The notes beneath the pieces were generated by a model, which saw nothing but the letters and a program-made list of their open reading frames with translations, was not told the DNA's origin and ran no database searches. This document shows, one piece after another, positions 55,999 through 64,000 of a stretch of 64,000 nucleotides of DNA. The stretch's first letter is position 1. Each line of letters begins with the position of its first letter. This DNA is from a virus (Duplodnaviria > Caudoviricetes), in the IMG/VR virus record IMGVR_UViG_3300025387_000015, positions 12,555 to 76,554 of that record. The stretch is one strand, 5' to 3'. The position numbers were made by a program, and so were the translations under genes.

Positions 55999-56409
55999 TT
56001 ATAAACCTTTTTTCAAAAATGTCAAATGCTTTTTATGAACACGAGCCATAATGTGAGAATTATACCAGTCTTGCGATTCTAATACGCTATGTTGAAATTG
56101 TAATTTGGCCTCGAAATAAGTCATTTCTCCTTTAGATATACAAAGTCTAAGGATTTCTCTTTTGAAATTTTCGGGGCCAAGTGTTTTCACATCTCTGTTC
56201 AATTCATCATTGGAACCATAATATGTTTTCCAATCAGAATCTACTTTATATCTTTTCTTTTTACCTTTTATCTGTTTTGATTTAGTAAAATGAAAAAGTT
56301 TCTTTCCGATATATCTTTTATTAGATTTTAGATTAGTAATGATATAAACAAACCCTACATAATTACCTGAATCTTCTAACAAACTACCATTATATAACCA
56401 CATTCCCAA
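55999..56409 (-). CDS. GIY-YIG family nuclease-like protein
   Basis: GFVYIITN..RYIGKK, WKTYYGS, FKREIL. Confidence 0.75.
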   Translation of the reverse strand: MGMWLYNGSLLEDSGNYVGFVYIITNLKSNKRYIGKKLFHFTKSKQIKGKKKRYKVDSDWKTYYGSNDELNRDVKTLGPENFKREILRLCISKGEMTYFEAKLQFQHSVLESQDWYNSHIMARVHKKHLTFLKKGL

Positions 56410-56427
56410 AGTCTCCTTTGGGGGTAT

Positions 56428-56616
56428 TTATTCCTCTTCAAACAAATCTCCCATGTCTTCTTCTTCATAATAACCAATCAAGTCGCATATCTCTTTCAAA
56501 AGATCTAAACAATTATTACTAATATGCTCGTCGTTTAAAATATCTTCTTCGCTAGTAATTTTATATTCTCTGATAAAATCCTTGCACAGATCAAATAGTT
56601 CTGCGTCTACTTTCAT
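56428..56616 (-). CDS. Hypothetical acidic protein
   Basis: ATGA-coupled ORF. Confidence 0.55.
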   Translation of the reverse strand: MKVDAELFDLCKDFIREYKITSEEDILNDEHISNNCLDLLKEICDLIGYYEEEDMGDLFEEE

Positions 56617-57113
56617 TTGTTCTTCTCCTTGTTGAGATATTCGGAGCACTGTTCTTCCATATCATCATATTTCTCACAATAAGTCTTAATCCAATCTGTT
56701 TTGATCGCTTCTTGTGCTTCCTGTACTGTTAAAATACCGTCACATATTTCACGGTGTAATCTGTTCTCTAGTTTATCTTTCACATGAGCATTCCATGGTT
56801 TTGTTGTGTAAGATTGTGGCCAGAGATTTTTAATATCATTAGATCCACCAAGTTCAAGAGAAATAAGATGATCGATCTCAAACTTATCTTTAGTACGATC
56901 TAAATGATAAAGATCAAACGCCTGTTGTTTTACTCTATTGGGAACATTTCTTACAGAACCAGAATAGCCAGAAAGGCAAATATTTTCTCTTGTTCCTCTT
57001 GGATCTGCAACTCCAGGAGTCATAACAGGATTAGGTAGAATAGGTTCTACTACTATTGGATCTGCCAACGCAGAGGTAGTTAAAAGTAAAATTGTTAATA
57101 TTGTTTTTTTCAT
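56613..57113 (-). CDS. Exported HNH-like domain protein
   Basis: Signal peptide ending ALA; EIDHLISLELGGSNDIKNLWPQ, KDKLENRLH..IC. Confidence 0.7.
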   Translation of the reverse strand: MKKTILTILLLTTSALADPIVVEPILPNPVMTPGVADPRGTRENICLSGYSGSVRNVPNRVKQQAFDLYHLDRTKDKFEIDHLISLELGGSNDIKNLWPQSYTTKPWNAHVKDKLENRLHREICDGILTVQEAQEAIKTDWIKTYCEKYDDMEEQCSEYLNKEKNK

Positions 57114-57130
57114 TTTTTTTTTCTCTTTAA

Positions 57131-57898
57131 TTATAGACCAAAAACATCATTGTATTCGTTTTGAATGTTAATAAACTTTTCATACAAATCGTTACCCAAA
57201 ACTTTATACGAAGAATAATTATTTCTTCCAAATTTGTTTCTAATCTTATGTAAACCCATTGGCCCCCAAGGAACTATATTCTTATTTTGAAATTGACCTT
57301 CTATATTATCTAAATCATAATCAAATTTAGGCAATTCTAGAAAATCTTGTATTCTATTTAAGTGTTCTCTTGGAGAATCCATTAGTGAATCATGATGTAT
57401 TATTAAAGTTTTATCTTTAGCATCTTTGATTAAATTTCTTACTTTGATGACACAATCTTCAACAAATTCTTTCCAAAGATCCATCACCAAATGATCTACT
57501 GATTCTGGCGGAACTTCTTTAGAATATATAAGTTTCCAACTAGCCATTATACTCGGTAAATCTCTAATAGTACAAATAATCTTAAAATTATTATTAAACA
57601 ATTCTGAAGCAAAATGTATATTATCCCCCCACTCTCTGTTTCTATCAATTATTATTGATTGTTTTTTGTGTTTCCACATAGAATTAAGAAGAGCTTCTGT
57701 TATATTTTCTATCTGTTCAGGGATAGGATTAGCAACCATCGTAGGAGTTTTGAACCATTCTTCCCTTGATGCTTTTATTACCTCAAACATAGCAGTATCA
57801 GAAGCAACATATACTTCTGGATTTTGATTTATTAAACTTGATAAAACTGTACTGCCAGTTCTTGGTAACCCAACAAATAGATGATAAGTTTTATTCAT
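57131..57898 (-). CDS. Sulfotransferase-family protein
   Basis: GLPRTGSTVL PAPS loop, IRDLPSIMASW. Confidence 0.72.
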   Translation of the reverse strand: MNKTYHLFVGLPRTGSTVLSSLINQNPEVYVASDTAMFEVIKASREEWFKTPTMVANPIPEQIENITEALLNSMWKHKKQSIIIDRNREWGDNIHFASELFNNNFKIICTIRDLPSIMASWKLIYSKEVPPESVDHLVMDLWKEFVEDCVIKVRNLIKDAKDKTLIIHHDSLMDSPREHLNRIQDFLELPKFDYDLDNIEGQFQNKNIVPWGPMGLHKIRNKFGRNNYSSYKVLGNDLYEKFINIQNEYNDVFGL

Positions 57899-58085
57899 GT
57901 GCTTTTTTCATTTGCCTATAAACATCTTTACCATAAGCATTTTCATATACTTTTTCAATATCATCTGTATCATTAGGATCTTTGGTAGGGATCTCTGTTG
58001 TTTTACTAAAACAGTAAATGTGCCTAGCAGCTTCGAAACCAGCTTCGTATCCGGCTCTATAACCATTCTGCCATTCTTCGCTCAT
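57891..58085 (-). CDS. Hypothetical protein
   Basis: GYRAGYEAGFEAA motif; ATGA coupling. Confidence 0.55.
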   Translation of the reverse strand: MSEEWQNGYRAGYEAGFEAARHIYCFSKTTEIPTKDPNDTDDIEKVYENAYGKDVYRQMKKAHE

Positions 58086-58294
58086 TTCTTTCCCCATTTG
58101 GATTTTGGACAATCTGCTTTAGAAAACCAAGTCTTTAAAGGCATAAAACACTTACAAACATTACATAATTTCAAACTAGTGATTTCTTCGCAGGAATCAC
58201 AAATTTCTTTTCTTGTTTTTCTTGTTTCCGGATCAACAATAACATGCGCAGCATAATTTTGTTGATCCTTCGTTTCCCATGGGTCTTCTGTCAT
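58082..58294 (-). CDS. Small Cys-rich (zinc-binding) protein
   Basis: CDSC..CNVCKCFMPLK..CPKSKW. Confidence 0.65.
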   Translation of the reverse strand: MTEDPWETKDQQNYAAHVIVDPETRKTRKEICDSCEEITSLKLCNVCKCFMPLKTWFSKADCPKSKWGKK

Positions 58295-60177
58295 ATCTCA
58301 CAGTTACCTGCTGAACATGCTAGTGTTTGTGCCCCTTCTACTTGATCTGATAACTCCACAAGAGCATCCCAATCAACTTCTGTGGGGATATTTATAATTG
58401 CTGCTTCATATTCTTCTTTAGCGATAGTCTCGTATGGAGCTTGACGGTATGTTCCACCATCATAAGGTAGGAATGAAACACCAGACATTTCATTAAAATG
58501 ATCGTATACCCATGCGCCGACTCTTGGCCACTCTTCCTCTTTCACGTTGATAGTCACAGATGGTTTGTGCTCGCACCAGTGACGCTGGTACTTCAACCAG
58601 AGCTCTAGGTGCTTAATGGCGTCTACCTCTTCGCGAACTACTGAACCTTCTGGTAGTTTCATTGGAAATGAAAAGACAGTAGTAGAGTGAGGCTTAGTAA
58701 CATCAGGCTCATGAGGAACGCCAGCATCGATAAGATGTTTAGTAAGGGGATCTTTGTTGTCAGACCGTACGCGACGAATATAATAGCTATCGTGACCTGG
58801 ATGAATACCGGAAGGACTAAGAACAAGTTGACTAACAGTTCCGGATGGTTTAACACAGGTGATAGCAGCTGACTGATTGATTCCAAGTCTCTCACTCCAT
58901 TCTTTATTAGTATCTATAGCTACCTGTCTTAGTCTCTCTAGACGTTCTGGTAGTTCAGGATCTTCTGGGTTGTTCATCAATGGGCAATCATAGATGCCGG
59001 TGAATGAGACGCCGAGTAGTCTCTCTTCTTCTGTATTCTTCTGCCATATCTTGCGTAGATATGGAAAGTTTGTCATTGTCGATTGAAACGTTCCCAATAT
59101 TGACGCGACTCTAATCTTTCTTGTAAGAGTTTCTTCAGTATCATCAGCTCTGATAACGACTTCCGTGAGATTGCAGAATTGATAAGGTCTGAGGATAATC
59201 TCTGAACAGGGGTTAGTTCCGAATTCAAACGATGGATCTCTGCGACCGTTCTTTTTAGCGACACGTTGCGATGCAGCACGGCTAAATATTCCTCTTTCTC
59301 CTGACTTGGACTCGTAGATTGATAGCCACTCTTGCATGAACTGTCCGACTTCAGGCTTCTCTGTATATACTGCTGAATTGTTTGAAAGAGCTCTTTGAAC
59401 ATTTGCTTCCCACCACTGTCCTGCTTTGGCATGGCGCATACGATCATCAGAAAGATTTGATAAAGAAATCATTGCTGATCGGCGAACGCCACCAACCACA
59501 ACAACTTCGCCAATCTTACACATAATATCGTGACATTCTAGTGATGTCAACTTACGTCCATGCGCATGTTTAAAAATGCGAACGATAAATTTAAATAATT
59601 CGTTCAATGGTTCTGGACCAGAAGAACGACCACCAAATGTTTTTAATGGTGCACCTGCTGGCCTTAAACCGCTAATATCCCATTTTGGAATTTCGCCAGT
59701 ATAAAGAAGAGCAATAAGCATACGGAGAGCTTTTGCCCAACCTTCTTTAGAATCACGAACTGTGATTAGAGTATCACAGTCGTATAGCTGCTCTGGTATT
59801 TCAGGTAATTTATTTACATATTGACGCTCAACTGAGAAGCCAACACCTGTGCCATTCATAAGAATACACATTGCTTCATCAAATGCTTTAGGATCGTCAA
59901 TTGGAAGATATGAACAATTATATCCAGCAACATTATCACGATCAAGAGCTTTACCAGCAGTCATTAAAGCTCTCATAGAAGGCATTACTTCAAGATTATA
60001 AATTGCTTCAAAAACTTCTCTTTTTAAAACTGCATCATCAATATCAATTTTGTTGAACATATAATCAACATATCTTTGAACTGTTTCGTTCCAATGTTCT
60101 CTTCTTTTTAGATCTGGCAAGTAACGTGCATATCGGCTTTTGTGTATCCACTGCTGGTAAACGTTCATCTCTGGCAT
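58291..60177 (-). CDS. nrdJ: Class II (adenosylcobalamin-dependent) ribonucleotide reductase
   Basis: GYNCSY, TNPCSEI, CVKPSGTVSQL, C-terminal ACSAGNCEI; no beta subunit nearby. Confidence 0.88.
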   Translation of the reverse strand: MPEMNVYQQWIHKSRYARYLPDLKRREHWNETVQRYVDYMFNKIDIDDAVLKREVFEAIYNLEVMPSMRALMTAGKALDRDNVAGYNCSYLPIDDPKAFDEAMCILMNGTGVGFSVERQYVNKLPEIPEQLYDCDTLITVRDSKEGWAKALRMLIALLYTGEIPKWDISGLRPAGAPLKTFGGRSSGPEPLNELFKFIVRIFKHAHGRKLTSLECHDIMCKIGEVVVVGGVRRSAMISLSNLSDDRMRHAKAGQWWEANVQRALSNNSAVYTEKPEVGQFMQEWLSIYESKSGERGIFSRAASQRVAKKNGRRDPSFEFGTNPCSEIILRPYQFCNLTEVVIRADDTEETLTRKIRVASILGTFQSTMTNFPYLRKIWQKNTEEERLLGVSFTGIYDCPLMNNPEDPELPERLERLRQVAIDTNKEWSERLGINQSAAITCVKPSGTVSQLVLSPSGIHPGHDSYYIRRVRSDNKDPLTKHLIDAGVPHEPDVTKPHSTTVFSFPMKLPEGSVVREEVDAIKHLELWLKYQRHWCEHKPSVTINVKEEEWPRVGAWVYDHFNEMSGVSFLPYDGGTYRQAPYETIAKEEYEAAIINIPTEVDWDALVELSDQVEGAQTLACSAGNCEI

Positions 60178-60179
60178 TC

Positions 60180-60458
60180 TTACTTTTCCTTCTTATTCCA
60201 TGGCGTAAACAATCTTCCCTTAGTATAACCTTCGGGCATCTCTTTATCTTTCTTTAATCTTTTATTCTTAACTCCATCATTTATCCATATAGTATCTTTA
60301 CATATATCGGCTGTTTCTGAAGTAAATGGAGTAATATAAGAGCTAACTTTAGCTGCATTCTCTTGAGAAAGTTTCCAAGTTCTACCAATCAAACAGGAAT
60401 CGTCTCTATCTTTTCTTGCTTTTAACATTTTATCTCTATTATTATCCCATTTATTCAT
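60180..60458 (-). CDS. Hypothetical protein resembling a homing-endonuclease C-terminal remnant
   Basis: WINDGVKNKRL..PEGYTKGR motif without a nuclease domain. Confidence 0.45.
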   Translation of the reverse strand: MNKWDNNRDKMLKARKDRDDSCLIGRTWKLSQENAAKVSSYITPFTSETADICKDTIWINDGVKNKRLKKDKEMPEGYTKGRLFTPWNKKEK

Positions 60459-61153
60459 AACAATTCTTTCAATGATGGAAACTCTTTAATAACTTCATTC
60501 CAAGCACTAGTAGCAACTTCTCTATGTTCCTTCTGAGTGCCTTCTGCCATTCTAATCTGACAATAATGAATCCATGAACGAAGAGTGCCATTCATATACA
60601 TTCTGGAAACTGTCAAACCTTCTGGTAATACCGCTCTTGCTTGTTCTTTTGCAATACCATTTGCTATTGCCCACTTATAGCCAAGAATACATTCGTGAAT
60701 CAACTGCTCTTGTTTTACTTTCCAGTCTCTATGTAACTCTTTATCTCCAGTTTCAATAGAATTTTGTCTATTCTTTGTATCTTGCAAACGTGCTTCTCTA
60801 ATACCAAAACCTAAGTCTTCCGTTGGATCGGCATAACGCTGACTGAATTCTTGAAATGAAAATGACCTGTGACGTAATATTTGACGAGCAATATCACGTG
60901 TGGTATTTATTTCCATCACAATATTGACCATTTCAAATGGAGACCAGTGTTTATTTCTTGCTAGATAATATAATAATTTATCTGCTGTTAGATGATTACT
61001 TTGGTTTGATGGATTAGAAACTCTTGCCACATACGCAACAAATTCATCTACTGAAATTTTATTTGATTTAACAGACCAAGGATTCCATACAGGCAAACTA
61101 CCTTCTTTTTCAATTCTTGGCTGTGTTACAGCTATAATCTTTGCTTCATTCAT
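60455..61153 (-). CDS. thyX: Flavin-dependent thymidylate synthase
   Basis: HWSPFE, QILRHRSFSFQEFSQRY, ARAVLP, RSWIHY, TQKEHR. Confidence 0.95.
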   Translation of the reverse strand: MNEAKIIAVTQPRIEKEGSLPVWNPWSVKSNKISVDEFVAYVARVSNPSNQSNHLTADKLLYYLARNKHWSPFEMVNIVMEINTTRDIARQILRHRSFSFQEFSQRYADPTEDLGFGIREARLQDTKNRQNSIETGDKELHRDWKVKQEQLIHECILGYKWAIANGIAKEQARAVLPEGLTVSRMYMNGTLRSWIHYCQIRMAEGTQKEHREVATSAWNEVIKEFPSLKELL

Positions 61154-62175
61154 ACTTTACTCCACTTCTGTAACGCTAACTTTGCTGATAAGTCTTTGTA
61201 CGTATTATTCTTAATTATATGTTCTATAAAGTCTGAACTCAAACCTGCAAGGACAGCGTCATTAATATCTTTATGCTCAAAATTCTCCGGCCAAATACAA
61301 ACACTGTATCCGTTCATAATTGCCTTGTCTAGTTTTTTGATTGTTTCTTTTGATCTTGGTTCATTGTCATAAACAATTACAAGATTGCTCTTTTCGAAAG
61401 TTCCAACAGCACTAACCAAATCCCCTCCAGCTGTAGCAATGCTGTTATTAATAAACATGCTATCAATCGGACCTTCGAGGACAAATATAGTTCTGTCAGT
61501 ACGGACAGTGTCCAAACCGAAAAGTTTAGGTACGCTGTCATTAAGTACGATTGTAATGTATTTAACTGAACTTGATCGTCGTAACGAGCGTCCCTGAAAA
61601 GCATGAACGGACTTATCAGCACCCAAAAAAGGGATAAGCAACCTTCCCTCATCATGAGCCATAGACTCAGCTGAAAACTTGTCGGGTACCAGATTATTAA
61701 CAAAATGCATAAAATTAGGACATGAGAATAACTTGGAATGGTAAACATTAGGTATCTTCCTGGCTACAACAAACTTCTTGATCGGATGATCCGGAGAAAG
61801 CTGACTCACCTTCTTAAGACCTTTTAGTGGCCCAGAAGACACAAATGCTGGTTTCTTCAGTTTTTCTACGAAACTCTCATATTCTAATTCTTCTTTAGAC
61901 TTGTTACCTGATATTCTTTCCAAACGAAAATCATCATATAAAGTTTGATCAATACTTTTTATAAAATTTGGTATACTCAAAGTCGCTGAACAATTGTGAC
62001 AATGAAATATAGATTTACCACTCTTCTCGAATATAAACCCTCTTGCTCTACTCTGATTCTTCTTAGAATCTCCACAAATAGGACAAGAGAAATTATATAA
62101 ATTCCCTGACTTCCTTTTAAAATTCCTCAGTCTATTGCTCAATAAACCAATGTATTTGTGTTCTAACCAATCCAT
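61150..62175 (-). CDS. gp61: DNA primase gp61
   Basis: CPICGDS..CHNC zinc finger, FQGRS, VLEGPIDSMF, DNEPR, KDIND. Confidence 0.93.
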   Translation of the reverse strand: MDWLEHKYIGLLSNRLRNFKRKSGNLYNFSCPICGDSKKNQSRARGFIFEKSGKSIFHCHNCSATLSIPNFIKSIDQTLYDDFRLERISGNKSKEELEYESFVEKLKKPAFVSSGPLKGLKKVSQLSPDHPIKKFVVARKIPNVYHSKLFSCPNFMHFVNNLVPDKFSAESMAHDEGRLLIPFLGADKSVHAFQGRSLRRSSSVKYITIVLNDSVPKLFGLDTVRTDRTIFVLEGPIDSMFINNSIATAGGDLVSAVGTFEKSNLVIVYDNEPRSKETIKKLDKAIMNGYSVCIWPENFEHKDINDAVLAGLSSDFIEHIIKNNTYKDLSAKLALQKWSKV

Positions 62176-62206
62176 ATTCAATCCTAGATTTTACATACTA
62201 ATCTGT

Positions 62207-62235
62207 ATTATACTAGGTTTAAATGCATAAAGCAA
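62207..62235 (-). promoter_or_regulatory. sigma70-like promoter TTGCTT-N17-TATAAT for primase
   Basis: Consensus -10 with 17-nt spacer. Confidence 0.55.
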
Positions 62236-62241
62236 GAAAAA

Positions 62242-62616
62242 TTAATGTAGATTGAGGATCCTTAGAATACTTGGGCCATAAGCAAGAACAAAAGCAATAA
62301 CAGCGAGTCCTCCACCATATTTCCACATAATCTTTTCCATATCATTAATTTTGGCGCTTAGTTTTTCTGATTGTTGTATGTTTTGTTCTTTAAGAAACTC
62401 CAATTTATCATTAATTGCCTCAAAACGTGCTTCTAATTCTTCACGTCTTTTTTCTGCTGAAGTTTCTACGTTGTTAAGTTGTTTCTCTTGATGATTTAGT
62501 CTCTGATCGTGGACTGCAATCATTTTACTAAGATCTGAAGATATACTAGTTAGTCTGTCTACGACTTCTTCTAATCTATCTTGTCTTCTGGAAAAATTAG
62601 AATTACCTTCTGTCAT
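62242..62616 (-). CDS. Coiled-coil protein with C-terminal membrane anchor
   Basis: Heptad-rich body, C-terminal GGGLAVIAFVLAYG. Confidence 0.6.
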   Translation of the reverse strand: MTEGNSNFSRRQDRLEEVVDRLTSISSDLSKMIAVHDQRLNHQEKQLNNVETSAEKRREELEARFEAINDKLEFLKEQNIQQSEKLSAKINDMEKIMWKYGGGLAVIAFVLAYGPSILRILNLH

Positions 62617-62618
62617 GA

Positions 62619-63206
62619 TTATTTTCTATCCTGTTTCTTTTCGTTACGGGAATCACGACCTAATATATCTCTTAAACTTTTAGGAACACCTTCTGGCAAT
62701 TTATGGTTATATTTTGTAGAAGTTTTTCCGAATACATTATCCAAACCACCTGATAATATTTTTCTTTTTAGTGGTTTTGCTTTAAATTTTAACATAGGAT
62801 CAAAATTTGAAATACCAGGGCCAGTGTGATTTACAGCAAGAGCAGAAGTTGTCATTCCACCTTCGCCATCTTCCATCATATTTGCTTTAATTGCTTTATC
62901 TTTGAAGATATTTGGGTATTTATTGTCAAATTTTCTCATAAGTCTACCGGCCATTTCGTTGGCATTATCCTCTTTCCAACTATCACCGCCGGATTTTTGT
63001 CTACAATGAATCAACTCATGAGCCAATGTTCTCATAATATCTAGTGGATGTCTATCAGTAACTCTTACATATATATCTTTTTTATTAGTATGCCCAAAAG
63101 CATGCATTTTGTTTTCTTTGTTACCAACGAAATGGATCTTTGGAAGAGTCTTGATCCCAAGCTCTTTTGCAGCAAATTGTATAAACAATTTTAAATGATC
63201 CATCAT
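62619..63206 (-). CDS. Hypothetical protein with HExxH zincin-like motif
   Basis: RTLAHELIH..EDNANEMAG. Confidence 0.6.
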   Translation of the reverse strand: MMDHLKLFIQFAAKELGIKTLPKIHFVGNKENKMHAFGHTNKKDIYVRVTDRHPLDIMRTLAHELIHCRQKSGGDSWKEDNANEMAGRLMRKFDNKYPNIFKDKAIKANMMEDGEGGMTTSALAVNHTGPGISNFDPMLKFKAKPLKRKILSGGLDNVFGKTSTKYNHKLPEGVPKSLRDILGRDSRNEKKQDRK

Positions 63207-63595
63207 ACTTTCCTTAGTTTTGATATAATCAAACTATCCATATCTATAGTGTTAGTATCTATTACTTCTTCATCTCCAACATTATATATTTTATCTGGTA
63301 ATATTTCCAACAATATCAAAAATGGTTTAATGTATTTCATCTGTTGTTTCAATTTAAGATATAATATTTTACAAACTATATCCGGGCCAAAACAATTGTT
63401 GAGAATGATGATATGATTAAGAATCAAACGTTCTTTCAGATCATCATTCTCAACATAACGTGTTATTAACTTTTTAATATATTTAACTCTATTGAGATCT
63501 TCTACAAATTCTTCAGTCGTATAATACCTTTTACCATTATAGTGTTGGGCACAAAATACGAGATAATTTTCATTTGTCAGTTTTTCATAATTCAT
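63203..63595 (-). CDS. Conserved T4-like hypothetical protein
   Basis: EEFVEDLNRVKYIKKL, LKERLILNHIIILNNCFG. Confidence 0.7.
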   Translation of the reverse strand: MNYEKLTNENYLVFCAQHYNGKRYYTTEEFVEDLNRVKYIKKLITRYVENDDLKERLILNHIIILNNCFGPDIVCKILYLKLKQQMKYIKPFLILLEILPDKIYNVGDEEVIDTNTIDMDSLIISKLRKV

Positions 63596-63599
63596 TTAA

Positions 63600-63872
63600 T
63601 TACCAAGTAAGTAGCTGCGACCTCTTCCAAACATTATTGGCAACACAGACATAGAAATAATTACCATCAGCACAAATAGTTCCCTGAACACCATTCGAAG
63701 ATGATGTTACAGGGACGCTATTCGAAATAACCAAATTAGCACTAAAAGATGCAAGGTTAATAGTCCTCACAGATGGAGTACCTAATACATTATATAATAT
63801 CATAACCCGATCACTCGGGGCGATGTTCGCCGAAGTTGGTAACTCCGATACTTTTAGGCTATTGTCTGTCAT
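63600..63872 (-). CDS. Small virion structural protein-like
   Basis: KVSELPT..APSD; DGNYFYVCVANNVWKR motif seen in fibre/baseplate proteins. Confidence 0.55.
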   Translation of the reverse strand: MTDNSLKVSELPTSANIAPSDRVMILYNVLGTPSVRTINLASFSANLVISNSVPVTSSSNGVQGTICADGNYFYVCVANNVWKRSQLLTW

Positions 63873-63875
63873 TTA

Positions 63876-64000
63876 TTATACGCCTGGGAACAATGGATTA
63901 TCAGAAGTAGAATCTGTTACATTAACAGGTGTACCATAAGCAGCAGACTGAGCGCCAAGAGTTCCCATAGCAACAAGAGTCTCATGATGGACACGACCAG
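63876..64000 (-). CDS. 3' end of an upstream gene (..GRVHHETLVAMGTLG..NPLFPGV), probable virion protein
   Basis: Open frame running off the window; stop adjacent to the next ATG. Confidence 0.55.
   Translation of the reverse strand, partial: GRVHHETLVAMGTLGAQSAAYGTPVNVTDSTSDNPLFPGV

Noticed and set aside
55999-56409. Active mobile GIY-YIG homing endonuclease
   Set aside because: Only 136 aa, catalytic domain alone with no DNA-binding modules; looks like the conserved small T4-like GIY-YIG protein
11140-60177. Introns or inteins in terminase, gp46, uvsW, nrdJ or gp23
   Set aside because: All are uninterrupted ORFs of ordinary length with no intein motifs recognised
189-63416. Numerous short antisense or alternate-frame ORFs in the track (e.g. 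3792..4097, 17085..17528, 32073..32513, 59073..59447)
   Set aside because: Fully nested opposite or within well-supported genes, with no motifs or SD; expected shadows
1-64000. CRISPR array, diversity-generating retroelement, integrase or transposase
   Set aside because: No repeat-spacer array, reverse transcriptase or recombinase motifs seen; the Cas4-like exonuclease is a standard T4-like gene
1-64000. Stop-codon reassignment
   Set aside because: Core genes translate full length in the standard code; TAA, TAG and TGA all end genes; no suppressor tRNA seen

Overview
64 kb segment of a large, AT-rich T4-like myovirus genome, probably infecting an alphaproteobacterium (inferred from Rhizobiales-style Gly/Tyr-rich exported proteins, nrdJ and thyX). 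The + strand (1-43.5 kb) carries: a tail-fibre accessory block (end of a gene with an (NC)5 tail, a radical SAM/SPASM enzyme, an S74 tail fibre, a Gly-rich adhesin-like protein, an adenylate-forming enzyme); the T4 head/neck/tail module (gp13-gp23, gp3); uvsY, uvsW, gp55, gp47, gp46; lysozyme, peptide deformylase and a GNAT; a DNA-hypermodification-type cluster (MazG-like, TET/JBP dioxygenase, TET-associated glycosyltransferase, DUF3310-like, GT-A); gp45, gp44, gp62, regA; an APS-kinase-like gene; tRNA-Asn(GTT); an unusual tRNA-Thr(AGT) next to a Zn-dependent deaminase; and an ATE/Bpt-like aminoacyl transferase. The - strand (43.5-64 kb) carries an exonuclease, phoH, rnh, a full NDP-heptose-type pathway (gmhA, hddA, GT-B, gmhB, HIGH-motif nucleotidyltransferase), glutaredoxin, a TylF-like methyltransferase, ClpP, a QueG-like Fe-S protein, exported cell-wall enzymes, a sulfotransferase, class II RNR, thyX and primase. 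TATAAATA late promoters and near-consensus sigma70 promoters are visible. Best candidates for novelty: the NC-repeat plus rSAM/SPASM pair, the A34 tRNA plus deaminase pair, TET/JBP-glycosyltransferase with no adjacent methyltransferase plus heptose supply, and an N-terminal processing/N-degron toolkit. All assignments come from motif recognition by eye; no database searches were run.
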